Shown here one piece after another: positions 1 to 9,010 of a stretch of 64,000 nucleotides of DNA (its first letter is position 1; every line of letters starts with the position of its first letter). Source of the DNA: Dehalococcoidia bacterium. GTDB taxonomy: Bacteria > Chloroflexota > Dehalococcoidia > Lucifugimonadales > VXLM01. Below the pieces are notes generated by a model, which did not search any database, had not been told where the DNA came from, and saw only the letters and a list, made by a program, of their open reading frames with translations. Where the stretch lies: contig DAOUJF010000025.1 of NCBI GenBank assembly GCA_034423035.1, positions 349 to 64,348 of the forward strand. Reading direction: 5' to 3'. The position numbers were made by a program, and so were the translations under genes.

Positions 1-328
1 AGGTGTCAGCGCAATCGAGACTCCGGTTCCCAAGTGCCAAGAGGTAGATGCACTTGACGACAGGGCTCCTGCTGGTGATCCCGTCCCGCGGGACCGCTCA
101 GGCACAGGGAGTTCTTCAAGGAGGTGGCTGGTATGTCGTGGGCGAAGATTGCCCGAAGGTTTAGCACGAGCATCATCAACCTGTGGAGATCGAGGAAGTG
201 GGGAGTCCTGCCCCAAATGCACCATCTCTTGGCGCTGCAGGACTTGGCCGATAGCATGGACCTCGGCCACCTGCTCCCCACTGCAAGAGTCCGCAACTCA
301 GAAACTCAGATATGAAGAGGTGATTACT

Positions 329-538
329 ATGCAAGACAGACTGATGAGACGTCGCGAGGTTGAGAGAATCACGGGCGTGAGCCGCGCCTCGATCTATCGG
401 CTGATGCGAAGCGGGAGCTTCCCGCTACCTGTCAGGGTCGGCGCTACGGCCGTCCGGTGGAAGCAGAGCGATATCGCCGACTGGATAGAGTCGCGGCCGT
501 TAGCGACGGGCGACCTAGGCCCGACCACCTCCGCCTAG
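329..538 (+). CDS. AlpA-family phage/island transcriptional regulator or excisionase (MerR-like HTH)
   Basis: MQDRLMRRREVERITGVSRASIYRLMRSGSFPLPVRVGATAVRWKQSDIADWI matches the AlpA/Prophage CP4-57 regulatory pattern. It sits next to the integrase. Internal ATG of track ORF 149..538. Confidence 0.75.
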   Translation: MQDRLMRRREVERITGVSRASIYRLMRSGSFPLPVRVGATAVRWKQSDIADWIESRPLATGDLGPTTSA

Positions 539-562
539 GAAACACAAGCCGACATTGCACGG

Positions 563-1711
563 CTAGTCCGCGAGGTAGCCCGCCCACTGCTGCATGAGCA
601 CACGGCGACGGTCGAACAGGTCGGACCGGGCATATGCCTGCTCGACGCTGCCGCCAAGCTGATGCGCCAGAGCCGCCTCACCGACTGCCCACGGCGTGTC
701 GGTCTGTTCCATGGTCCACGTCTTGAACGAAGTTCGGAACCCGTGCACCGTCGCCCTGTCGGCAAGCCCGGACTTGCGGAGTATATTCGTCAAGGTCATG
801 TCGCTCAGCATCCGGCCAGGCCTCAGAGGAGACGGGAAGCATAGCCCCGAACCGTCGTCAAGTCGCTGGGCCAGTATCAACACGTCGATGGCCAGATCGC
901 TCAACGGTACCCGATGCTCCATGCCTGCCTTCATGCGTGAGCCGGGTATCGTCCACGATGCATCTTCGAGATCGATCTCGTTCCATGTGGCTCCCCTTGC
1001 CTCACCGGACCGCGACGCCGTGAGGACCAGGAATTTCAGGCAGTACTTCGAAGCTGGTGAAGTCTGGGACGCATCGACGGTTTTGAGAGCCGAAGCCACC
1101 TCCTGATAGGGAAGCGCCCTGAGATGGGCCTTGACCTTGGGCATGGACGGCAGAGCCCCGTCTATTGCTTCCCCCGCGGGGTTGGTCTCGATCAACTCGT
1201 TCGCCATCGCCCATCTGAAAATCGTTCGCATCCTCTGTCGGACACGCCGGGCCGTCTCGGGACGTGCGGACCATATAGGTGTGAGCACCGTCAACACGTC
1301 GGTGCGGCTAATGGTGTCGATGGGCATCTTGCCGATCTTGGGAAAAGCATGTCGTTCGAGAGTCTGAATCCATGCCCGGGTGTGGCTTCCGTTGCGCCAA
1401 CGAGGCTTGTTGGCTTCATGGACTGCATAGGCGGCCTCTCTGAAAGTGGGCGTAGAGGGTCGGCGTTTCTCCGCTACCGGGTCTCTCCCGTTGCCAATCG
1501 CCTCCCGATTGTCCGATGCGCGCTTCCTCGCCTGAGCCAGAGAGATAGTCGGATACCCGCCTAAGCCGACATCGCGTCGTCGACCGTCGACGGTTATCCG
1601 ATGCACCCAGCTCTTGCGGCCGTTCTTCTTTATGAACAGGTGCAGGCCGTCGCCGTCCGAGTAGCGGCCCGGTTCGCTGAGCGCCCTCACCCTTGTTGCC
1701 GACAGTTTCAA
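563..1711 (-). CDS. int: Tyrosine recombinase, P4-like integrase with N-terminal arm-binding (DUF4102-like) domain
   Basis: N-terminus KLSATRVRAL..GRYSDGDGLHLFIKKNGRKSW is typical of P4-type integrases. C-terminus carries HGFRTSF and a terminal ..AY.R region. Adjacent to tRNA. Confidence 0.9.
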   Translation of the reverse strand: MKLSATRVRALSEPGRYSDGDGLHLFIKKNGRKSWVHRITVDGRRRDVGLGGYPTISLAQARKRASDNREAIGNGRDPVAEKRRPSTPTFREAAYAVHEANKPRWRNGSHTRAWIQTLERHAFPKIGKMPIDTISRTDVLTVLTPIWSARPETARRVRQRMRTIFRWAMANELIETNPAGEAIDGALPSMPKVKAHLRALPYQEVASALKTVDASQTSPASKYCLKFLVLTASRSGEARGATWNEIDLEDASWTIPGSRMKAGMEHRVPLSDLAIDVLILAQRLDDGSGLCFPSPLRPGRMLSDMTLTNILRKSGLADRATVHGFRTSFKTWTMEQTDTPWAVGEAALAHQLGGSVEQAYARSDLFDRRRVLMQQWAGYLAD

Positions 1712-1731
1712 CCCCTATAACCTCTCTATCT

Positions 1732-1753
1732 GTTACCACACAAGTTACCACAC
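1732..1753. repeat. Two direct copies of GTTACCACAC (1732-1741, 1744-1753) just upstream of the integrase start
   Basis: Read directly from sequence. The position between int and the tRNA fits arm-type or operator sites. Confidence 0.5.
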
Positions 1754-1902
1754 TTGACGCGAGATAACAAAGGATTGCGGAAGACCAACGGGGATGCCTC
1801 GACTGGACGAATCGGGCCTTATTTGTAGCTAACCAAGCTACGAATTGAAGTTTAACTGAGAAACCAAAAGGCGGATGGAGAATGGACGGGAATAAGTGAC
1901 AG

Positions 1903-1978
1903 TGGTGGAGCTGGGGGGACTCGAACCCCCTACCTCTTCAATGCCATTGAAGCGCTCTCCCAGATGAGCTACAGCCCC
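1903..1978 (-). tRNA. tRNA-Ala (anticodon GGC), CCA encoded
   Basis: Reverse complement GGGGCTGTAGCTCATCTGGGAGAGCGCTTCAATGGCATTGAAGAGGTAGGGGGTTCGAGTCCCCCCAGCTCCACCA folds as a cloverleaf. It has a G3:U70 pair, anticodon loop ATGGCAT and T-loop GGTTCGAGTCC. Confidence 0.93.
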
Positions 1979-2108
1979 ACGGAGGAAGCGGCATGTGGAA
2001 CGCCGCCGCAATAGCAATGGTAGCAAACGGCCTCGTATCCCAGCAAGAGGTTTGGATGCCGCCTTGAAACGTACTACAATGTTCCGGCGTCCCTCTTGGA
2101 GGTATCGA

Positions 2109-2975
2109 ATGGCAAAGAAGCGAGTTCTTATCACCGGCGCTGCCGGGTACGTCGCTGACAGAATGCTCCCGGCGTTTCAGGAGCGTTACGACCTGACGCT
2201 CCTTGATGCCAGTGTCAAGCCGAGCCCGGATAGGGCACATTCCAGCGCAGGTCCCGTGGATGGTGTGCAAATAGCTGATCTTCTCGATCCCGACCGGAGC
2301 AAGTACGCGCATCACTTCGAAGGCATAGACGCGGTCGTACACCTCGCGTACATCCGTCGGAGGGGCGAACCCATCGATCAATACGAGAGCCAGCGGGAAA
2401 ATGTGGATATGGCCTACAACGTGTTCCGCGCCGCATACGATGGGGGAGTTGAACGCGTGGTGGCAGCCAGTTCAAATCACGCCGCCAACTGGTACGAGCC
2501 TGCCCTGTTGCAACCTCGGAAGATGGAGTCGCTCGACCCCTACGATCTACCTCTCTCATACAACTTCTACGGCTGGTCGAAGGCTTCGTATGAGCATCTG
2601 GGATTTCTGTTTGCCAGCGGGACTTTCGGACGCAAGATGGGCATGGTGCTCGTTCGCATCGGCTCGCCCGGAGAGCTGGAGGTTGAAAGATTCTCTGACA
2701 GTGAGGCCGGTCTGAAGCGGAGCCTCGGTTCATACTTGAGCCAACGTGATCAGCTTCAGCTATTCATCAAGGCAATCGAGACGGAGAACATCGAAAACGA
2801 GCACGGTGTTCCCTGGCACGTCGTCTACGGAATCAGCAACAATACGAGGGCATACTGGTCACTGGTCAACGCCCGGCGAGTGCTGGATTACCGTCCCGAG
2901 GACGACGCGGAATCAAGATTCGCGGATGATCTTCGGGCAAGAGGTGAGATGGCACCTGGGAGAACACCCGGCTAG
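2109..2975 (+). CDS. NAD-dependent epimerase/dehydratase-family SDR (uronate-dehydrogenase-like)
   Basis: MAKKRVLITGAAGYV Rossmann motif, SSNH and YGWSK (YxxxK) motifs, GGAGG RBS upstream of ATG 2109. Confidence 0.75.
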   Translation: MAKKRVLITGAAGYVADRMLPAFQERYDLTLLDASVKPSPDRAHSSAGPVDGVQIADLLDPDRSKYAHHFEGIDAVVHLAYIRRRGEPIDQYESQRENVDMAYNVFRAAYDGGVERVVAASSNHAANWYEPALLQPRKMESLDPYDLPLSYNFYGWSKASYEHLGFLFASGTFGRKMGMVLVRIGSPGELEVERFSDSEAGLKRSLGSYLSQRDQLQLFIKAIETENIENEHGVPWHVVYGISNNTRAYWSLVNARRVLDYRPEDDAESRFADDLRARGEMAPGRTPG

Positions 2976-3017
2976 AGCCCGCAGTGAGTTCGATCGCAAA
3001 TCATCGGGGTTGTATTC

Positions 3018-3953
3018 ATGGGGAGTTCACAGAGCTTGACGAAACGAAAGATTCTGGTAACGGGAGCCACGGGGTACGTATCCGTCCGGATGCTCGAAGA
3101 GATCCGGTCGAGGTACGACGTGGTTGCGCTTGACGTCAGTGACAGGAACCGCGAAGGAAAGAAGGTGGAAGGGGTCCACGTCGTGGACCTCATTGATCCC
3201 GACCGGTCAAAATACGAGCAGCATTTTCAGGGGGTCGATGCCGTCATCCACCTCGCACATAAGAGTCGAGAGGGGAAGCCAATCGACCACTTCTTCATTG
3301 AGAAGCAGAATGTTGAAATGGCGTATAACGTTCTGCGGTGCGCGTACGATGCGGGAGTCCGCCGCGCCATCGTTGCAACGTCGAATCACGCCGCCGACTG
3401 GTATGAGCACAACCTGATCCATACCAGGAAGATGGACATGGTCGATCCGTACGACTTCCCCCTGTCCGACAACTTCTACGGATGGGCGAAATCTTCGCAG
3501 GAGGTAATGGGTTTCCTCTTCGCCTGCGGGTTCCCCAGCTTCGACCATCCTTCGGGACGCGAGGTCCTCGTAGAAGGCATTAACATAGGCCGCAAGCTCG
3601 AGGTTGTAATGGTGCGAATCGGGCACCCCCGGGAACTCGACCCCGAACGCTACGGACACGACCCCGCTACCTTCAAGCGCGTACTCGGCTGCTACTGGAG
3701 CGTGCGTGACCAAGTCCAGCTGGTTACAAAGGCAATTGAAACGCCCAACATCGAGAATGAACACGGTGTCCCGTTCCACATCATCTACGGGATCAGCAAC
3801 AATACCCGCGCGTTCTGGTCGCTCAGCAACGCCCGAAGTGTCTTTGGCTACCAGCCGGAAGACGATTCAGAGGTGCGGTTCGCCAACACAATAGAGGGGT
3901 GGATCAAAGGCAGCGACGCACCCGGCGGAGTCGGCAGACTGGGACTGCGCTAA
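3018..3953 (+). CDS. NAD-dependent epimerase/dehydratase-family SDR, tandem paralogue of 2109..2975
   Basis: KILVTGATGYV, TSNH and YGWAK motifs. Collinear similarity to the upstream gene over its full length. Confidence 0.75.
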   Translation: MGSSQSLTKRKILVTGATGYVSVRMLEEIRSRYDVVALDVSDRNREGKKVEGVHVVDLIDPDRSKYEQHFQGVDAVIHLAHKSREGKPIDHFFIEKQNVEMAYNVLRCAYDAGVRRAIVATSNHAADWYEHNLIHTRKMDMVDPYDFPLSDNFYGWAKSSQEVMGFLFACGFPSFDHPSGREVLVEGINIGRKLEVVMVRIGHPRELDPERYGHDPATFKRVLGCYWSVRDQVQLVTKAIETPNIENEHGVPFHIIYGISNNTRAFWSLSNARSVFGYQPEDDSEVRFANTIEGWIKGSDAPGGVGRLGLR

Positions 3954-4056
3954 CGGGGCAGGGAAGTACTCAGCACTTCAAACATTGCAGCCCTAGTTGG
4001 CCCTCTCCTTGCATCCATCCGATGCTGAGATTCGCCAGTAAGGACGTAGAAGGAAC

Positions 4057-5490
4057 TTGGTAGGGAAGTGGAAACCTAAACCGGCGGACTCGGTGGTGCG
4101 GAGACCCCGTCGAGATGTCCTGCGTCCGGTCCACATTGAACTGGCCCCGGCCCGTGGACCGTCATCCGTTCTGAACCCCTCGCTCATCCTCATCTACGCA
4201 TTCGCAGGCCTGATTGCAATTGGAACACTCCTGCTTAGTATGCCCTTTACCCACCACGGAGACGGGTTTACGCCATTCATCGATGCCCTGTTTACCGCCA
4301 CTTCGGCTGCAACCGTCACAGGGCTCATCATTCAGGACACGGGGTCCTATTGGACCCTTGGAGGACAGGCGGTCATCCTGCTCCTGATGTTCATAGGTGG
4401 GCTGGGGATCATGACCATTGCCAGCGCCCTATTCATACTTGCAGGTCAGCGGATATCCTTGACCCAGAGACTCTTGATTCGCGAGACCGTGGGCACCGCG
4501 ACCTTCACGGATATCACGGCAATCACCGTGCGCATCGTCGTCTGGGCGATTGCCATCCAACTGGTCGGCTTTCTGATTCTCACGGCCCGGTTCTCATTCA
4601 TGTATGAACCGTTGGAAGCCGTCTGGCACGGCCTCTTCCAGGGAGTTTCCGGGTTCAATAACGCCGGGTTCGTATCGTTTCCAAACGCCAACAGCCTCGC
4701 GGAATTTCGTTCGGAAAGGATCATCACCGGGGTAATCGCTCTACTCATAGTAGTGGGAGGTCTCAGCTATTGGGTGATCGATGATGTCGCAAAAAGGCGA
4801 GGCTTCTCCAGGCTCACACTGAATTCCAAGCTCGTCCTCATCTTCACGGGTGCGCTCCTCCTGATCGGGGCCTTGGGATACTTCCTTGCCGAGGCCGGGA
4901 ACTCGCACACCTTGGGTAAACTCGGTCTAGTCGACCAAATTGCGGACTCTGTGTTCCATTCGGTCAACCGCACCTCGGGCTTCTCAACGACAGGCTTCGA
5001 GGAGACGAGGGAAGAGACCCATCTTCTCTACATCGTTCTCATGTTCATCGGCGGCGCATCGGCGTCGGTCGCCGGCGGGGTGAAGGTCAACACCTTCGCC
5101 ATCATCATATTCGCAATGGTAGCCGCGCTCTACGGAAGGACCAGGACTGTAGTCTTTTCAAGGCGCATTCCCGCCGTTCAGATTATATGGGCCCTCGTGA
5201 TCGTCAGCCTCGGATGCCTCTTTGCCTACGTGACGGCAATGGTCCTAACCTTCTTGGACGGCGGTAACCATGATTTCCTCGACCTGCTGTTTGAGGCCGT
5301 TTCAGCCCTGGGCACGGTAGGCTTCAGCACCGGCATCACTGCCGACCTTTCAGTGGCAAGTCAATACGTCCTGGCCGCTGCCATGTTCATCGGCCGGGTC
5401 GGCCCGCCCATCGCAATTGTCATCGCACTGTCCCGCCCCGATCGTGAGGGAATGTACCGGTACACCAGGGAGCGCGTGCTGCTCGGCTGA
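4057..5490 (+). CDS. TrkH/KtrB-family potassium transporter
   Basis: Multi-pass membrane protein with repeated selectivity-filter-like motifs GFNNAGF, SGFSTTGF and LGTVGFSTG. The TTG start is uncertain. Confidence 0.85.
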   Translation: MVGKWKPKPADSVVRRPRRDVLRPVHIELAPARGPSSVLNPSLILIYAFAGLIAIGTLLLSMPFTHHGDGFTPFIDALFTATSAATVTGLIIQDTGSYWTLGGQAVILLLMFIGGLGIMTIASALFILAGQRISLTQRLLIRETVGTATFTDITAITVRIVVWAIAIQLVGFLILTARFSFMYEPLEAVWHGLFQGVSGFNNAGFVSFPNANSLAEFRSERIITGVIALLIVVGGLSYWVIDDVAKRRGFSRLTLNSKLVLIFTGALLLIGALGYFLAEAGNSHTLGKLGLVDQIADSVFHSVNRTSGFSTTGFEETREETHLLYIVLMFIGGASASVAGGVKVNTFAIIIFAMVAALYGRTRTVVFSRRIPAVQIIWALVIVSLGCLFAYVTAMVLTFLDGGNHDFLDLLFEAVSALGTVGFSTGITADLSVASQYVLAAAMFIGRVGPPIAIVIALSRPDREGMYRYTRERVLLG

Positions 5491-5580
5491 ACCAGACGAG
5501 CAATGGCCCCCGATGCATTGGCCGGTGTTTCTGTGCTCTAATTGATACTCGTAAATTGCATTTTCGTAAGGAGGACAACA

Positions 5581-5901
5581 ATGCCAAAATACCTGTTTCA
5601 GGGTTCTTACACGATGGAAGGCCTTGGTGGACTTGTGACGGAAGGCGCCGCTGGGCGTCGAGAAATGGCCGAGAACCTGGCCGCCTCACTGGGAGGTAGT
5701 GTCGAGGCCTTTTACTACGCCTTTGGAGACAGTGATCTCTACGCCATCGCCGATCTGCCCGACGATGCCGCTGCCGCCGCCGTGTCCCTCAGTGTCGGGG
5801 CTTCAGGCACGGCGTCCATCAAGACGACGGTGCTGGTCACTCCGGAGACCATAGACGAGGCAATCGTACGGTCGGCAGATTACCAACCGCCTGCAGGCTA
5901 G
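5581..5901 (+). CDS. GYD domain-containing protein
   Basis: MPKYLFQGSYT..FYYAFGDSDLYAIADLPDD is the GYD family signature. AAGGAGG RBS is present. Confidence 0.8.
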   Translation: MPKYLFQGSYTMEGLGGLVTEGAAGRREMAENLAASLGGSVEAFYYAFGDSDLYAIADLPDDAAAAAVSLSVGASGTASIKTTVLVTPETIDEAIVRSADYQPPAG

Positions 5902-5948
5902 GAGCACCTTCAAACATTCTCGATGGGGACGGTCCTTATGCCAGCTGC

Positions 5949-7421
5949 CTACGGCTGTTTAGGCGTAACGTAGTCAACCCCGATCTCAACGCCCTCCAGG
6001 CTCACCTTGCTCGAAAGGTTGGAGGGCCTAGAGAGGTGTGTGACGGATATCTCGTTCACCCCATCGACAACATCGTCCCACTCCAAGGGAAACTCGAAGG
6101 TCGAGTACGTGTACCCATACGTCGTGTAGATCACGTCGTCTTGTGACAGTTCCTTACCGTTGAGGCGCACGCTCATCACGTCATGCGATGTCGATTCGAC
6201 CAGCTTCAGTTCCAGGACGGCGTTCGCGTCGGATGAGTCCTTGACTATCGTCAGGCTAACCGTTGCCGGGTCTGCTTCCGGTCCGACATCGAGCTCGACA
6301 GGTAGGGGAGCGTTGTATCCGAACATAACGCACTTGTCATGCCGAGGCGTCATGTAGTAGCGCTTAGGCTTCTCGAACAGCACGTCGGGATCGCCGATCT
6401 CCGTCAGAATTTGCCGCTGTTCAGACCCTATCGGCCACGGGTACCACGGCAGGTACAGGGCATCGGCTCCCCGACTCCAGTAGGCCGCCGCCGCCGCTCT
6501 GTAGTACTCTAGTCCCGCGTACTCGTCTCGGTTCGGCCCCAGTACCGACCCCATGGCCGGGTAGACCACGCAATCTCCCTTTCGCGCAAGGTCGATCACC
6601 CACTCGAACGGGAAGTCCGGGTCGATGGGCATGTGGCTGTAGACGTTCGGCACCACGAAATCGAGCAGTCCCTCTTCCAACCACGTTTCAATGTCGAAAC
6701 CGGTGTGGTTGTTGGCCGCCAGCGTCGGCAGAATTCTCGCCCCTATGTCGATGGACTTGCCCTTCATCTCACCGGCTTTATTCGCAACACGCCTGAGATC
6801 GCGCAGGAAGTCCGTCAAGACGTGCATATTGACCGCTATCTCGGCAGCCTCGAAGTAGTAGGGGTCAAAGGTCAGGTCCAGTTCGAGGCCGTCCACGTCG
6901 TATCGGATTAACGTTTCCTCAGCAATGGCGAACCTCTCAGCGCGCACCTCCGGGTAGACCCAGTTGAACGCGTTCTTGCGGTCCGGCGAGTCGTCGCCCT
7001 TGAGCACCCACTCAGGGTGGTCGATTTTGAACTGCCAGTTGTGGGCGTTGTTCACATCCGCAGGATCGGATGAGTGGGTCAGACGAAGACTGCCGATGAA
7101 GTCCATACCAACCTTATGAGCGCGATCGATCATCACGTTCAGCGGATCATGGCCCTGCTTGATGAGCCGCATGGTGTTCTCGTACCCGCGCCAGCTTGCA
7201 ACGTCGGGAATCACGTCCAGATGCGCGGCGAATACGTCGGCGTGTTTCGAGTCGTGGAACACCGTCGGCCCCACCCCGAAACCCCAGACGAACGTATCGA
7301 CTCCAGTTCCCGCCACGGCGTCGATGGTCGATGTCGCCTCCGTCATGCTCATTGGCGGCTCATGCACGTAGTAGTGGTAGTGCCGGGCGTCGTCGTAGAA
7401 GATCAGTCGTCGCTTGCTCAT
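5949..7421 (-). CDS. Uncharacterised TIM-barrel-like (glycoside-hydrolase-like) protein with C-terminal beta-sandwich, paralogue 1
   Basis: Alternating beta/alpha pattern RRLIFYDDARH, GTGVDTFVWGFG, MDFIGSLRL, VDGLELDL. Paralogous to 7495..8976 and 63171..64000. I cannot name a family. Confidence 0.6.
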   Translation of the reverse strand: MSKRRLIFYDDARHYHYYVHEPPMSMTEATSTIDAVAGTGVDTFVWGFGVGPTVFHDSKHADVFAAHLDVIPDVASWRGYENTMRLIKQGHDPLNVMIDRAHKVGMDFIGSLRLTHSSDPADVNNAHNWQFKIDHPEWVLKGDDSPDRKNAFNWVYPEVRAERFAIAEETLIRYDVDGLELDLTFDPYYFEAAEIAVNMHVLTDFLRDLRRVANKAGEMKGKSIDIGARILPTLAANNHTGFDIETWLEEGLLDFVVPNVYSHMPIDPDFPFEWVIDLARKGDCVVYPAMGSVLGPNRDEYAGLEYYRAAAAAYWSRGADALYLPWYPWPIGSEQRQILTEIGDPDVLFEKPKRYYMTPRHDKCVMFGYNAPLPVELDVGPEADPATVSLTIVKDSSDANAVLELKLVESTSHDVMSVRLNGKELSQDDVIYTTYGYTYSTFEFPLEWDDVVDGVNEISVTHLSRPSNLSSKVSLEGVEIGVDYVTPKQP

Positions 7422-7494
7422 CGTTTAAGTTCCCTTCGCTGCTCTCTCGCCTTTTGGCTGTCCTGCCCGCCCCTTCGCTCTTGCTCAACTGTCA

Positions 7495-8976
7495 CTACAG
7501 GAAGTCCTGCGGTTCCGGGTATTCGACCCGTACCTCGACCCCGTCAAGTCGTGGAAGCTCGGTGCCGAGGTTCTCAGGCCTCGACCGGACGGATATCGAA
7601 ACGTTGTTTCTGCCGGTCAGCAGCGCACCGGACTCCAGAGGAAAGTCGAGCGCCACGTGCGTGAATCCGTAAGTCGTCCTCCAGGCGCTCGATACCGTGA
7701 GTTCTTTGCTGTTGAGCATCACGACCGTCTCATCATGTACCGTGTGATCGTAGATAGTCAGTCGGAGCGTCGCCCGCGTTTCCGTATCAAACTCGTCGGC
7801 TACGAAGAAACTCACGCTGGTCGGTGAGGCTTCCGCCCCAACCGCAATCTTGGCTGGTAGTTGTGCGCCGTACAGCTGCTCAGACGAAATGTCGAAGTCC
7901 TGGCGCACGACATAGTGCTTCGTACCCTGCGAGAGCAGCTTGGGGTCGCCGATCTTGCCCAGCAGGTCTCGCTCTTCCGGGCCGTGAGGCCATTTGAACC
8001 ACGGTAGGTACGCCCCGTCCGCCCCCTTCGCCCGGTGTGACGCCGCGCCTGCACGATAATGGTCGAGCGTCGCGGGAACGTCACTGTCGCTCCCGACCTG
8101 GTCATGCAGGGTCGAGTACACCTTGCACCCGTTTGCATGTGCGACGTCGACGATCCACTCAAACGGCAGGTCGGCGTCAAGCTGCCTGTCCTGGTAGACA
8201 GTTGGCACCACGAAGTCCAGGGAACCTTGCTCGATCCACGCGGTCACGTCCATCCCGGCCGCCATGTTGCCCTCGCGGGTCGGAAGAACGCGGGCCCCTA
8301 ATGCTATGCGCTTGCCCTTCTTGGCGGACGCCGCGTCTACTGCCTTGCGTACATCGGACATGTACTCCGTCAAGATGTGGGCCTTTGCCTCGGCCTCGTC
8401 GTCCTCGAAGTAGTGAGGCCAGAACGTCCAGTCCACCTCGAACCCGTCAATGTCGTACTCGTTCACCGTCTCCTCGATAAGGGCGAAACGCTCGGCGCGC
8501 ACCTCCGGATACGTCCAGTCGAAGGCATACTTCCCGCGACCTTTGAGACACCATTCCGGGTGGTCGATTCGGAATTGCCAGTTGAACATCCAGCCGACCT
8601 CATCGTCCTGGTCTGCTGGGTCGGCCGAATGCGACTGCCGCAGCGAAACGAAAAACTCGACCTCCTTCTCCTTCGCACGGTCGATCAGGACCTTGAGCGG
8701 GTCGAGTCCGCGCTCGTTAAGGCTCTTGATGTTCTCGTACGCTCTCCATCCCGCCACCAACGGGAACGATTCCAGGTGATCGCCCCAGCGTTCACCAACG
8801 TTTGTGTCGTGGAACATCGTCGGCCCCGCGCCGAGGCCGTACACCAGCGTGTCGACCCCTGTTCCCACAACCTCGTCTATCGGCTTCCATGCGTCCTCCA
8901 GCCGGAACGGCGGGTCGTAGTAGTAGATGTACGAGTGCCGTGCATCGTTGTAGAAGAGCAGTCGTCGTTCTTTCAT
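7495..8976 (-). CDS. Uncharacterised TIM-barrel-like protein, paralogue 2
   Basis: MKERRLLFYNDARH.. is collinear with paralogue 1. Start set at the Met aligned with the paralogue 1 start. Confidence 0.6.
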   Translation of the reverse strand: MKERRLLFYNDARHSYIYYYDPPFRLEDAWKPIDEVVGTGVDTLVYGLGAGPTMFHDTNVGERWGDHLESFPLVAGWRAYENIKSLNERGLDPLKVLIDRAKEKEVEFFVSLRQSHSADPADQDDEVGWMFNWQFRIDHPEWCLKGRGKYAFDWTYPEVRAERFALIEETVNEYDIDGFEVDWTFWPHYFEDDEAEAKAHILTEYMSDVRKAVDAASAKKGKRIALGARVLPTREGNMAAGMDVTAWIEQGSLDFVVPTVYQDRQLDADLPFEWIVDVAHANGCKVYSTLHDQVGSDSDVPATLDHYRAGAASHRAKGADGAYLPWFKWPHGPEERDLLGKIGDPKLLSQGTKHYVVRQDFDISSEQLYGAQLPAKIAVGAEASPTSVSFFVADEFDTETRATLRLTIYDHTVHDETVVMLNSKELTVSSAWRTTYGFTHVALDFPLESGALLTGRNNVSISVRSRPENLGTELPRLDGVEVRVEYPEPQDFL

Positions 8977-9010
8977 ATCTTCCCCTTGTAAGAATCCTCT
9001 CAAACAGGCG

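Larger units (their letters stand above)
1..1902. mobile_element. Edge of a tRNA-Ala-associated integrative element (integrase + AlpA); the rest lies beyond the window start
   Basis: P4-type tyrosine integrase lies immediately downstream of, and co-oriented with, the 3-prime end of tRNA-Ala. An AlpA-like gene is adjacent. The second att copy is not visible in the window. Confidence 0.55.

Noticed and set aside
6-315. ORFs 6..296 (-) and 124..315 (+) at the window start
   Set aside because: They have no motifs, mutually overlap and lie in what is probably the alpA upstream region. They cannot be supported as genes.
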